Positions 1 through 12,462 of a DNA stretch of 61,677 bases are shown here, piece by piece. The notes under the pieces are model-generated. The model was not told the DNA's origin and did not search any database. It saw only the letters and a list, made by a program, of their open reading frames with translations. The number at the start of each line of letters is the position of its first letter. Positions within the stretch are counted from its first letter, which is position 1. The DNA is from Octopus bimaculoides (lineage: Eukaryota), in assembly GCF_001194135.2 (NCBI RefSeq), contig NC_069004.1:12125713-12187389 (forward strand), read 5' to 3'. The position numbers and the translations under genes were made by a program.

Positions 1-43
1 TAGCATGGAAAGCGGACGTTAAACGATGATGATGATGATGATG
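1..43 (+). mobile_element. 3' tail of RTE-LINE-related retroposon (ends GCGGACGTTAAACGATGATGAT), sitting in the left part of the maT remnant
   Basis: Same 3' terminus as copies at 34686-34933, 50835-51105 and the LINE at 11730-12462; (GAT)n tail. Confidence 0.8.
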
Positions 44-1314
44 AAATGTGATAAGATACGAAATTATACATCGTTGTAAAAGCTTAGTGCATCTTCTTTT
101 TGTTTGAGACTAAATAAATTGAGATTTATAAATTAGATAATGACTATCGATCAAAATTCAATTATAACCCTCCACAAAGGAGGCAAAAGTAATACATTTG
201 TAGCAAAAAAGCTTAGAATTAACTGAACAACAGTCTGGAAAATTGTCAAGAAATTTCAAGAGACTGGTTCCACAGTTGATTGACCTGGTCGGGGCCGAAA
301 AAGAAGTGTGCAGACCCCTTGGCTTATCAAAAGTACCTGAGAAAAGATATGGCGAAATCCTTGTCATTCTGTCAGAAAACTAGCTACCACAGCAAAAATA
401 AGCTGAACAACGATGTATCAAGTGCTGAAGAAAGATCTCAGGACTCACCCCCACAAGATGATCTGTTATCATGAGCTCACGCAAGTTTATAAAGCCATGA
501 GACTGGAGAGAAGTCGTTATCATGAGCTCACGCAAGTTTATAAGGCTCTGAGATTGGAGAGAAGTCGTCTTATGCTGCATCAGATTACTGAAGGTACGCT
601 GCTCAACCTGGTGTTCACTGATGGAAAGAAATTTGACATCGAACAGACAATAAACCACCAGAGTGACCGACTTTGGAGTGTATCTGGCTACGTTGGTGGT
701 AGACTCATAAATTGACATCAATATCCACAGTTATGGTTTGGGCAGCTGTGACAGCAACTGGATGGTCTCCCCTCGTTTTTGTGCCCTCGGGTGTTAAAAC
801 CAACACCCAGTGATACATTAGCGACGTTCTGGAAGCTGAACTGCTTTCATAGGCAAATGAGCACTTCCAAAGCACACCTTGGAAATCCCAACAGGACTCG
901 GCACCATCCGACAGTTCCAAACAGATACAATACTGGATTGAGAAAAACATTCCGTCGTTCATAGGCAAGGATGTATGGCTCTCAAGAAGCTCCAATCTCA
1001 ACCCTTTGGATTTTTCTATTTGGTCCATTTTGGAGATGGAATCTCGAGCACTTCTTATGCTGCGCTCGATACTCTGAAAGCAAAAGTGCACCAGGAATAG
1101 GCTTCGATTTCGCAAGAACAGCTGCATGCCACGTGTGAGGCATTTGCACCTAGACTTAAGGCTGTGATTCAAAACAGAGGTGGTCATATCGAATAACTGT
1201 AGTAGTGGCATAATTGTGTTTCCTTTACCATTGCATTGCAATGGTCGGAATCGAAATATAACATTTTGCTTTGGCAAAATTGAAAGTTGGTTGCCTTAAT
1301 TTTTGGACACCCTG
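44..1314 (+). pseudogene. Decayed Tc1/mariner DNA transposon, DD37D (maT/Bmmar1-like) transposase with stops and frameshifts
   Basis: HTH-like VWKIVKKFQETGSTVD*PGRGRKRS; LVFTDGKKFDIEQ (D at 620-622); VMVWAAVTATG; QQDSAP (D 895-897) ... NLNPLDF (D 1009-1011) with 37 residues between the last two Ds; right TIR ...TTTTTGGACACCCTG ending at 1314. Confidence 0.9.
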
Positions 1315-1636
1315 AAAAATTTAATGCCCTATAACGATATTTCTGCTTCAGCAACTCAGTGCTGAATTGGTCTGAAATGTAATGGAAAATAGGTCAGTTT
1401 CAAAACATTGGGGCCCAGGTGACAAAAAGCAAAGTTTGAAGGGAATAGTAGTCATTTCATTTGATTTCTAGGTAGAAGCAAATAGGAAGTAACACTTACT
1501 GACCAAAGACAAAAAAAAAAAAAAAATCTATAAATTTTGTTCCACACTAGTTAACGATTTGTTCATTGTTCACTAACCACAAGTTATAAGTGACACTTGT
1601 TTAAAACTATCATGTTGTCAAGACAAGGAAGTACCG

Positions 1637-1673
<37 letters not shown>

Positions 1674-1974
1674 ATAATTTTCCCAGAGGATGTAGCAACC
1701 GTTACCAATATAGCATAAGAACTTACCTTAGGAGATCATTAACTAGATTCCTTAAGGGTCGTTCTCACAGTTTATATTTATATTATAAGGTTTTTAAACT
1801 TTTAAATTTTCATATTCAAAAGAGACAGAGACTTCAAATTCGATATATCGATTTATTCACCACTCTATGTTAACATTTCTGTGCCAAACTTATCCAGTGA
1901 CTGGTCCATTGGATTCAGACATTTGGCACTTCTTCAGGAGTGGTTACCTTATAATATAAATATATATATATATA

Positions 1975-2130
1975 CATACAATGAACTTCTTTCAGTTTTT
2001 GTCCACTCAAATACCAAATCCACTCAAGTCTTTTGTTGAGCTGGAGTTAAAGTAGATGCCATGGAGTAGGACTGAACCTGAGGCCATATTGGTTAGCAAG
2101 CAAACTTCTTAACCACACAGCTATGCCTGC
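1975..2130 (-). mobile_element. 5' head fragment of SINE family C (tRNA head plus CORE-like box)
   Basis: Similar to the head of intact copies at 15541-15960 and 34279-34685. Confidence 0.6.
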
Positions 2131-2704
2131 AACTATTATATATAAAATAAGAGAACTTTAGCCGTATCCACTTGAGAATATCAATTGAATTATAGCGCTT
2201 AGGTCTGACTTGTCTTTCTGTTCCACTTAGAGAAATCCTTTTCATTGCAAATCTATCTATGGACAACTAAAAACAACTTCTAAACTTTTCCATTGATTTC
2301 ATATTTTTGCTGAGTTATCATTGATTGACCTTTCATAGATTAAAAATAAAATTGGATGCCAAAAATATTCGTGGTTTTCTAGAAGACAGTATTATATGAG
2401 AGCAAGATTTAAAGCCAGCCAGCCAAGCACAATATCTTTTATTAACCATTTTAAGTAACTCTATTTGAATGTCATTTGTATTGCTAGGGTTATACCAGTG
2501 TTAATGACAATGCAGTTAGTTTACCATTTTCTGCTTGAATACCAATTCTGTATAAATAATTTATCTGACTGTCAATACAATGAAACTTAATTAGTCCTAA
2601 TGATCTTTTGTTTGTCAAAAGTCTCCTAGTATTTTTTAAACTAAATAGTTTGGATTATTCACTAAGTAAATTTAAACTGAAATTTAACATAGATACAAGT
2701 GCTG

Positions 2705-2905
2705 CCACACACACGCACACAAACACACACACACACACACACACATACACACATGCACATGCACACACACTCGCACACACACACTCACACATGCACACAC
2801 TCATACATGCACACACACTCACACATGCACACACACACACACTCACACATGCACACACACATGCACACACACACGTACACAAGCACACACACATGCACAC
2901 ACACC
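2705..2905. repeat. (CA)n/CACATG compound microsatellite
   Basis: Direct reading; source of the HT-rich ORFs. Confidence 0.95.
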
Positions 2906-3369
2906 TCAATGTTTTACATATACCGATCTGTTTTATTGAGTTTTCATTCATTACAGTTTGGTTCATTCTTGGAGTAATTATGTTTTAAGGCCAATATCTT
3001 TCCAATTATCAATTTTCTGAGAAATTGTAGGAAGAGAATAAAACAAACCAGTTTTGTTTCCAAAATGTTCTGGAACTGCTGTACCGAAAGTTCACTTAAT
3101 CCTTGTATGCGTCATGCTACAGCACTTTTAACCTATTATTCTCATACTTTTATGTTATTCTGGTATATCTTCTACATAATCCACAGCATCTTTTACATAA
3201 TCTTCTGTATCTTCCACATAATCCTCAGCAGTGAAGGTGTGTGTTAGTGATTAGGATATTCAGCTCATGAGCGTAAGGTCATAAGTTCAATATCCGGTGG
3301 AGTGCCACATCCTTGAGCAAAACACTTTATTTCATGTTAGTGAAAGCACCTGACCTAGTGGTTAGGAGT

Positions 3370-3742
3370 GGAGGCGCAATGGCCCAGTGGTTAGGGCAGC
3401 GGACTCGCGGTCATAGGATCTCGGTTTCGATTCCCAGACTGGGTGTTGTGAGTGTTTATTGAGCGAAAACACCTAAAGTTCCATGAGGCTCCGGCAGGGG
3501 ATGGTGGTGAACCCTGCTGTACTCTTTCACCACAACTTTCTCTCACTCTTACTTCCTGTTTCTGTTGTACCTGTAATTCAAAGGGCCAGCCTTGTCACAC
3601 TCTGTGTCACGCTGAATCTCCCCGAGAACTACATTAAGGGTACATGTGTCTGTGGAGTGCTCAGCCACTTGGACGTTAATTTCACGAGCAGGCTGTTCCA
3701 TTGATCGAATCAACTGGAACCCGCAACGGAGTGCCAACAACA
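3370..3742 (+). mobile_element. tRNA-derived SINE family A (head1 + tail1), nested in an older head2 SINE (about 3229-3367)
   Basis: GGAGGCGCAATGGCCCAGTGGTTAGG A-box and GGTTTCGATTCC B-box; near-identical to 24391-24771 and 39021-39455. Confidence 0.9.
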
Positions 3743-4390
3743 TTATAGTTCAGTTCCAACTTAGTCCCACTTGAGAAGATGTATAACCAGACATTCTAGC
3801 CATGACCATCACTTCTTACACACAACAACATTGTCCAACTTGTCATTTCTTTTCTCAAAATAGTCATACAAAGTAAAAGTGACTTTGTGTCGGATGATTT
3901 AAAACTAATTAATTCTTACAGAACTGTGCTCACCAAACTTTATCATTCTTCAGTAATTGCTTTCATGAAAGTTCCCAATTCTGACAGGTCCATTGTTATC
4001 AACACTTGAGAGTTTTGGCATCTTCATGATCTGGAAATGTCTGAATTCTGACAGATCATTTAAATAATCAATTGTATCAGGCCTAGGTTAATGGAATTGT
4101 GAATGGGAACCATTATTAATTCTGACAGGTTCTAAGCTATCTTATGTAGATATGTTCTTGTGATCTTGCTGAAAATTACCATTTAGTTAATGATTCTGAT
4201 TCTGGGACATGATAGACACTACTGCACTTCCAAGAATCGAAATTCCATAAAACACCACAACTCCTGAGCAACGCTACCGAAATTTTAAAATCATGCCAGA
4301 ATCACCGGATTTCATAAACTTTTTGTACAAAAAAAAAATGTCCCTTAAAATTGTGGAATTATTTTATTTTATGAAATCTATCTTTCCTTT

Positions 4391-4811
4391 TATCTTTTAC
4401 TTGTTTCAGCCACTGGACTGTGGTCATACTGGGGCACCTTTTGAAGGGTTTAGTTAAACAAATTGACCCCAATAATTTTCTTTTTAAAGCCTGGTACTTA
4501 TTCTATAGGACTTGTTTTGCTGAACCACTAAGTTACAAGGATATAAACAAACCAACACTGGTTGTTAAGCGGTGGTGGTGGTGGTAGACATACATGACAC
4601 AGACACACCCCTAGGTATATACCTGTACATATCTATGTATATAGATAACTGACACACATGATGGGCTTCTTTCAGTTTCCATCTACCAAATCCACTAGCA
4701 AGGCTTTGGTCAGCCTGTGGCTGTATTAGAAACACTTGCCTAAGGTGCCATGCATTGAGACTGAACCTGGAACCATGTGGTTGGGAAGCAAGCTTCTTAC
4801 CACACTGCACC
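4391..4811 (-). mobile_element. SINE family C, degraded full length
   Basis: Tail CTTTTACTTGTTTCAG..., internal (CA/TA) tract, head ...GGCACCTTAGGCAAGTGT on the minus strand. Confidence 0.85.
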
Positions 4812-5534
4812 TGTGATCTTGCTGAAAATTACCGTTTCCAAGTTTTTTTGTATTTTTTTTTTTTCTGCTTTGAAGCTCTGGAAGCAACTGCAGATTTGAT
4901 GGACATAAGTTTTATTAAATCACATTCGAATAAATTTAATTTATTTATACTTAATTATCACAAATCTCTCTATTTCTAACAAGTTCATTCTCTACTGACT
5001 CTAACGTCAACACGTCAAAAGTTTCAAGTGTTGATAACAATGGATTTTGTCAGAATTGGTAATTTTTCATGATAACAATAACAGGAGGAGATTGAAAACT
5101 TTGCTGAATGCCAATCTGTATGATTTAATTATTTTCATATCATGTGATAAGTAATTTCTGTTTCACCTAGAACCAGTAAAAGAATCATAGAAACATTCTA
5201 ACCATTTGACTCGAAGTATATTTACAACCACCAAAGAAATTCTCTTTCTGCCAGATTGGTGCTGAAATTCATTACAGGTGTTTGCATTCACATGATGCAG
5301 TCTGCTGCTAATCTCTGCCGAAAGAGCATGCTTCGTCTTCTCTCAGTTTTCGTTTCATGTACTGCTGCTGCTACTGCCGCTGCTGCTGCTGCTGCCGCCG
5401 CCACTGCTGCTGTTGTTGTTTGTCTAAGAGAAGGAATGTTTTGTTGTTCATTCCTTAACTTTAGCAACTGTTGCAAGTTTTAGCAACAGAATATTCTGCA
5501 GAAAATGGTTCCTGATATATCAATATATATTTTA

Positions 5535-5574
<40 letters not shown>

Positions 5575-6662
5575 CATACATGCTCACATGCACATGTATA
5601 TATATATANNNNNNNNNNNNNNNNNNNNNNNNNNNNNNNNNNNNNNNNNNNNNNNNNNNNNNNNNNNNNNNNNNNNNNNNNNNNNNNNNNNNNNNNNNNN
5701 NNNNNNNNNNNNNNNNNNNNNNNNNNNNNNNNNNNNNNNNNNNNNNNNNNNNNNNNNNNNNNNNNNNNNNNNNNNNNNNNNNNNNNNNNNNNNNNNNNNN
5801 NNNNNNNNNNNNNNNNNNNNNNNNNNNNNNNNNNNNNNNNNNNNNNNNNNNNNNNNNNNNNNNNNNNNNNNNNNNNNNNNNNNNNNNNNNNNNNNNNNNN
5901 NNNNNNNNNNNNNNNNNNNNNNNNNNNNNNNNNNNNNNNNACACACACACACACACACACACATACACACACACACACATGAAGATAAAACAACTCTTAC
6001 CAACATGTATGGATTTGTTTAATAGAAGGTTATGTGAGAAGCTGGAATGTGTGTGTATGTATGTGTGAGGTGGGGCATGGGTGGAAGGGGGGGGGGGGCA
6101 GAACAGGTTGAGTCAGATCCTACTATTTCGAGCCGTTGACCTTGTTCCACCACCTCTTACTCTTTCTCTCGGCAATGGTTTCACAAAAGATAAACTACCA
6201 ACTGTCAATCTTCCTCGCTTATTGCCTTCTTGAACTGTTTAAGATTAAAACAGGAACCATTGTAAACTATATGTGCACATACATATACACACACAAACAC
6301 ACACACACACATGTATGCAAACACACTCATGCAAACATGCAAACACACTCACACAAACATATGCAAACACACTCACACAAACATGCAAACATACACACAC
6401 ACACATGCAAATACACTCACACATGCAAACACACATGCACGTGCACACACGCGTGCACATGCACACACACACACACACACACTCACTGGCATGTACACAC
6501 ATGGGCACATGCACGCACACACATGCACACCTACAAACACACATACACAAATGCACACATATACACACAATAAAAAAATACACACAATCAATCACAAACA
6601 CACGTACAAAACGCAGACACATTTACACACAAGCACACATACAAACACACACAATCACAGAA

Positions 6663-6699
<37 letters not shown>

Positions 6700-7443
6700 C
6701 ACACACACACACACCATTGATATGTTTATAATATGGTTTAATTGAAATATTCAACTTTCTTCTATTTCATCGGGGGGCAACCATTCTGTCCCCAGAACAG
6801 GAACCAAAAGATTACCGAAAAGCCTTGTTGCCACATGTCAAATATGACAGCAGGAAACCAGCTCAGATGGTGGCTCCGATGGCTACAACATTGTGGCTTT
6901 CTCCTCATTAGCTGCTTGTTTTCTATTTATGAGATGTTGCTCTTACTACCTACAATGATTCCAGCTTGCCAAACATGAGGTTTCTTGGGAATTTAAAATA
7001 TAACTGATGTTCTCTGCTCCATTTGGGACTCTTAATCTACCCCAGATGCCTAATCCAGTGATATTTTGTTTTACTTATTCAGTTCTTTTTGTGCTGGCCA
7101 ATGCCGTGTTCTTCCCGGCATTGTCTCATGTGAGGTGTGAGGGTTTACGTTTACAGCTTCAGTCGTCAGTCTGGTTGCAGATATGAAATGATTAGGGTTA
7201 CAAAGCGATCATAAAGGAAAACCGGGAGGGTGGAAACACTAAAGAATTTTTGCTGCTGACATGAATTAGTGGGCAAGTGGCTGAATATTCCTCGGGCATA
7301 TGTACCTATAATATGGTTTTAGCTTTTGGCACATGGGCAACAAGTTCAGGATAGAGGGTAAGTTGATTATATCACCCCCCCCCCACTCTCAAACTGGTTC
7401 TACTTTTATTGATCTCAAAGTTATGAAAGGCAAAGTCAACCTT

Positions 7444-7657
7444 GGCGAGCTGGCAGAAATGTTAGCATACCGGGCGAAATGCTTAGCGGTATTTCATCTG
7501 TCTTTACGTTCTGGGTTCAAATTCCACCGAGGTCAACTTTGCCTTTCATCCTTTTAGGTCAATAAATTAAGTACCAGTTACACACTGGGGTCAATGTAAT
7601 CGACTTAATCCCTTTGTCTGTCCTTATTTGCCCCCTGTATGTTTAGCCCCTTGTGGG
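7444..7657 (+). mobile_element. SINE family D (GGCGAGCTGGCAGAA head; CCTTTCATCCTT...AAGTACCAG core), joined head-to-head to a partial minus copy at 7330-7447
   Basis: Matches 22403-22630 and 48047-48221. Confidence 0.85.
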
Positions 7658-7701
7658 TTCACTTCATTGGATTAGGAATATTTTTAGAAATATAAATCAA
7701 A

Positions 7702-7859
7702 AACAATTACAAAGAATATGAAGACTGGTACATTTTTTTCTGTTAATTTTTCCAGTTAATTATACAGCATAATTGGTTAACCAATTATGCTGTATAATTA
7801 ACTGGAAAAATTAACAGAAAACTTTGAAGATGTACCAGTCTCCATATTCTTTGTAATTG

Positions 7860-7861
<2 letters not shown>
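7702..7861. repeat. 160-bp fold-back palindrome
   Basis: Perfect 43+43 bp core (7736-7778/7779-7821) plus 32-bp outer arms with 1 mismatch. Confidence 0.95.
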
Positions 7862-7892
<31 letters not shown>

Positions 7893-7895
<3 letters not shown>

Positions 7896-8287
7896 AAGTG
7901 CTTGGCTTAGTGGTTAGGGTGTTGGACTCCCAATCATAAGATTGTGGTTTCAATTCCTGGACTGGGCGATGCATTGTGCTCTTAAGCAAAACACTCCACT
8001 TCACGTTGCTTCAGTCCACTCATCTGTAGAAAAAAGTACCACTGGTGGAGGCATGTTGCATTGTGGTTAGGGTATCAGATTCATGACCGCAAGATTGTGG
8101 TTTCAATCCCTTGACTGGGCAATTTGTTGTGTTCTTGAGCAAAACACTTCATTTCACATTGTTCCCATCCACTCAGCTGTAGAAATGAGTTTAACCTAGA
8201 GAGGAATGGGCTCCGCCAGGCTTTCTTGCTCAAGATACTCTGCATGGCTGCTGCGCCCGAACGATTCCCAAGGGGTCAAGGGACTTG

Positions 8288-8290
<3 letters not shown>
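7893..8290 (+). mobile_element. Two tandem head2 SINEs (TTGTGTTCTTGAGCAAAACACTT core): 7893-8036 truncated, 8045-8290 with a distinct tail
   Basis: tRNA-like heads with A/B boxes; shared core with 38201-38460. Confidence 0.75.
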
Positions 8291-8319
<29 letters not shown>

Positions 8320-8970
8320 ATGTGAGATTGTTGGGAGCTGTCTCCTCCTCCATCATTGTATATCAGTTGTACATTGTTTGTGCATTAGAATATATAAAAA
8401 ATGTAAAATGTTGTTTGACTAGAAAGAGATTGGGTTTGGCATTGTGTCAGAAAGTTCTTGGAAGTAGAGGCCATTGGAATAGCACGAGTAAAACAGACAA
8501 TATATTCTATAGACACTTGATCTGTCAATCAATTCTGCTTGGCTGGTTCTTTAACCAATATACTGGCAACTTTTCTAAAGAGTGTCTTACATAAATTCAC
8601 ATCGTTTGTGTGTCAGAAACATTAGGAAACTTGTGTCTGTTTCTTTACTAAATTGATAAAATATAAGGGATGATAAAAGAATAACAGTCGAACTTAGTTC
8701 ATGTTTGAATTTATTTTGTAACTCAGTGTATTTAAATTGTGACTTGCTGAACATTTTATTGCGCATATAAAATTCGAAAAGTTTTTTTACGTGTAAATCT
8801 TTCTGATTTTCAGTTCTAACGAGTGTCTGGCAGGAATCTGAAATAAAATTAGCTTAAATTACAAAAAATTACTTCAGTTTAATTTTAGAATCATAAGTTG
8901 AGTTTTTGAAGAATCTATCATGCTGGAAATGGATGGTGAGTCTGCTGTGTTCCAGTGTGTTACCTGAAAT

Positions 8971-9315
8971 TTAACCCTCTAGTATTTAGATTACTCTGTC
9001 AGATGTAATACCTATTTATTCACATTATTTTCAATTAATTATGTATTATCTCATAGCTTTCAGATTTCAATGATGTGATTGCATATTTTTAGAATGACAT
9101 TATAGGGCAAGTGTGAGAAGCCAGATCTGATCAATTTGGAGTTTTATTCATTCACATTATTTTCTATCAGTCGTGTATTATCTCGTGGCTTTGAGATTTC
9201 AATGATGCGATTGGTTATTTTTAGAACAATAGAATGGACACTGTGTGGTGTGAGAGGCCAGATCTGGTTGGTTTGAACTTAAAACAGAATATTTGGGCAG
9301 GATACAGCTGGTTTA
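8971..9315 (+). mobile_element. TTAA-CCC (piggyBac-like) MITE with internal partial duplication
   Basis: Begins TTAACCCTCTAGTATTTAGATTACTCTG; homologous to 22867-23086 and 52766-52992. Confidence 0.7.
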
Positions 9316-10094
9316 GGAGCTATTTTTACATATGACAGTTGCTGAGGGAAGAGCAAATAGAAAATTCTGCTGATGTAGATTGTTAATGAGAACCAATAAA
9401 GTTAATGAGATACAAGAAAAATTATTCCCCTATTCACTTAGACTGTATATTTTCTCTTCCCATCCTACCATCTCTCTTCCCTCACACAAGGAAACAAACC
9501 CCCAACAAATCTCAAATAATCATTAAGCGTTAAGGAAAGAAGAAATTGAAAATAGATAATATTTGTTACCTTTTAGAGATGTTTTCTGTTAGTGTTTTTG
9601 GATAATGCATATTTTACCGACTAGCAAATACGGTAAGCTTTCATATACTAAACAAGCACCAGTTATTGATTTTTACAATGGAAATAGCAGGAATGAGAAC
9701 AGCTTTGGAACGACACCGGCAAGAAGTTGAGTATGGAAGAGTGGGTTTTCTAATACCAGAACAACCCACTGGGGAAAAGAAGGAATCGGTAAAAGTCTCT
9801 ATTGATTTGGATTTTAAAGAAAAATATGTTTTGTAATTAAATTTTTAGTTGGAGGAACTCTCCTTCGAATGAATATTTCAATAAAATCAACAGAAATAAA
9901 CACCGTGTTTATAAAACCTGCTTTTCTCTGTCCTAATTGCTATCTTATCACGGCATATACTTCGCTACCGTCTTTTAATCTGATTATTTTGCATTGGTTT
10001 CATCTTGAGATTTCTCTTTATATATTTTGATTGGGAAGAAGAGAGAGAGAGCCAGACAAACAGACAGACAGAGGGAGAAACTACATACTCCTGA

Positions 10095-10465
10095 TGTTAC
10101 TGGGGATATAACTGTGATTGTGGTGGGGGTGTATGCATTACTTATTTAACAGCATGTGGATATCTGTATGTGTGTGTGTGTGTAGGTGCACGTGTGTGTG
10201 CCCGAGTGTGTATATGTTGCTAATTTAGCTGCATAGCAATATCTGTATGTGTGGGAGTATATTACTAATTTAGCTGTGCAGTGATATCTATCTCTGCCTA
10301 CCTATCTATATATATAGATGCGTATATGTAAGCTTGTGTGTGTATTATATATGTATGTGTGTGCATGTGTTTATATATGTATATATGTGTGTATGTATGC
10401 ACATATATGGATGTATGTATATATTTGTATGTGTGTATGTATGCATATGTGTGTATGTATGCATA

Positions 10466-10518
<53 letters not shown>

Positions 10519-10700
10519 GGTGGTGGGAGGGGCTGTTCCTTATTTAACTCTGTACTGATATAACTATATGTGGGTGCATTACTAATTTAGCATCATGTAT
10601 GATGCTGTGGATTGCTCTAGATAATATCTACAGGGATGTATGATATTGTCATGAATATAATCATATGGATGTATATAACTTTATTACGAATATATCTGTG
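10095..10700. repeat. Degenerate minisatellite (TTACTAATTTAGC / GATATCTGTATGTG motifs) interrupted by (TG)/(TA)n
   Basis: Motifs recur near 10218, 10262 and 10580. Confidence 0.5.
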
Positions 10701-11729
10701 GGTGTATACAAATGCCTTTTATACACAGCCGAGTGTATAGTTTTATGTTGCAGTGTCTGTAAACCTTGTTGTGTCCATGGTTCCGTGTGATTAATGTTTT
10801 AAGATTCCTTCCTCCTCCTCCTCCTGTCACCTGTCATAATGGGAATGTGTGGGTTTTAATCTCCTCCTCCTCCTCCTGTCTTTCATGGGGTGTGTTTGTT
10901 GTTGATGTTGCTGCATCAACTGGAGTTGTTATTGTAAACAAGAGATCAATAATTTCAATTATTGATTGATTTTTCTGAAATCTTAATGTTTCAACTTTGA
11001 GTAGTTTTGATCTTCAATAAAACTGATTTATGGAAAGAAGAGGAGGATGTGGTGTCTCTCTCTCCCTCCCTCTCTCTCTCTCTCTCTCGCTCTCTCTCCC
11101 CCTCTCTCTCCTTNNNNNNNNNNCCTCTCTCTCTCTCTCTCTCGCTCTCTCTCCCCCTCTCTCTCCTTTTTTCTCTTTTGTCTATCTCTCCCTCCTTTCT
11201 CTCACTCCCTCTCTTCCCTTTTCCTTTTCTTTTTACTTCGCTCTCTCTCTCTCTCTCATACGTGGGAGAGACAAACTAACCAATCTACATTCAGCTCTCC
11301 CAAATTTCCGTGTGTGTGTGTGATAGAGAGAAAGGGAAAGAGTAAGAGAGAGAAGGAGAGAAAGAGAGAGAAACCACCAAAGAAGCCTATATATGGTCCC
11401 TATACCTGCTGAAAACTACAGCCAAATCTCCCTCAAAATACAATGCCTTCCTGTTTTAATGAAAGCAAGCACACATTAGATAATATTGTCTTAGATGCAC
11501 TATGATTGACAGAAAGGCAGGATAGCCATAACTTGAATGTCTTTGTTGCATCAACTTCATTAGGTCTGACATGGAGTTAAGCTACCATGCGGCTTCGAAA
11601 CCAGCTTTGTAATCACAGGACTATGGTTGTGTGTTAGTAATGTGTAAAAAGGAATAAAAATCAATACTGTAAGAAATAATAACCAAATCCTCCTCATATT
11701 TCACCATACCATCTTAGATAAGAGAAAGC

Positions 11730-12462
11730 ATTATCATCATTCAACGTCCATCTCCAGTGCTGGCATGGGTTAGGTGGTTTGGTCAGAGCTTGTAAGCCAG
11801 AGAGCTGCACCAGAACTCAGTTGTCGGTTTTGACTCGGTTCCTACAGCTGGTTGCCCTTCATAATCCCAACCACTTTACAAAGTGTACTAGGTGTTTATG
11901 TCACGGGCATGGGTGCCCTCTTACATGTCACTGGCACAGATGCCTTTTATGTGTCACTGACATGGGTGCCCTTTCGTGTGTCACTGACATGGGTGCCCTT
12001 TGTGTGTCACCAGCAGGTTGCCTTTTACATGTCACCAGCGTAGCCACAACCATGATTTCACTTAGTTTGACATATCTTTTCAAGCACAACAAATTGCCAG
12101 AAGTCTCAGTCACACCTCATTGCTTTCATGAGACTCAAAATTTGAAGATCATACTTCCACCTCGTCCAATGTCTTCTGAAGTCTACCTTTTCCACAGGTT
12201 CCCTCCACAATTAGAGATTGGCTCTTTTTTTATGCATCTGTCCTTGTCCATACACATTACATGACCATACCAGCGCAGTCTTCTCTCTTGCACACCACAT
12301 CTGATGCCTCTTATACCCAGTTTCTCACTTAAGACACTTGTACTGTCACATATGCACACCAACATTGCACATCCAGCGAAGCATGCGAGCGTGGTTTCTT
12401 TCAAGCCTTCACATGTCTTCTGCAATTACAGTCCATGTTTCACTGCCATGTAGCATGGCAGG
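11730..12462 (-). mobile_element. 5'-truncated RTE-clade LINE: end of ORF plus 3' UTR with short tandem repeats and (GAT)n tail
   Basis: Minus-strand translation ...MLHGSETW...EKLGIRGIRCGVQERRLRWYGHVMCMD...; 3' UTR continues into the widespread ...GACGTT(G/A)AA(T/C)GATGAT tail. Confidence 0.85.

Noticed and set aside
705-1277. 190-aa minus-strand ORF
   Set aside because: Antisense shadow of the plus-strand maT transposase remnant.
1885-1935. GTGCCAAA...TTTGGCAC hairpin
   Set aside because: Two short stems separated by a large asymmetric internal loop; too weak for a pre-miRNA call.
5288-5483. Poly-Ala ORFs on both strands
   Set aside because: (GCT/GCC)n tract readable in several frames; no supported splice structure or homology.
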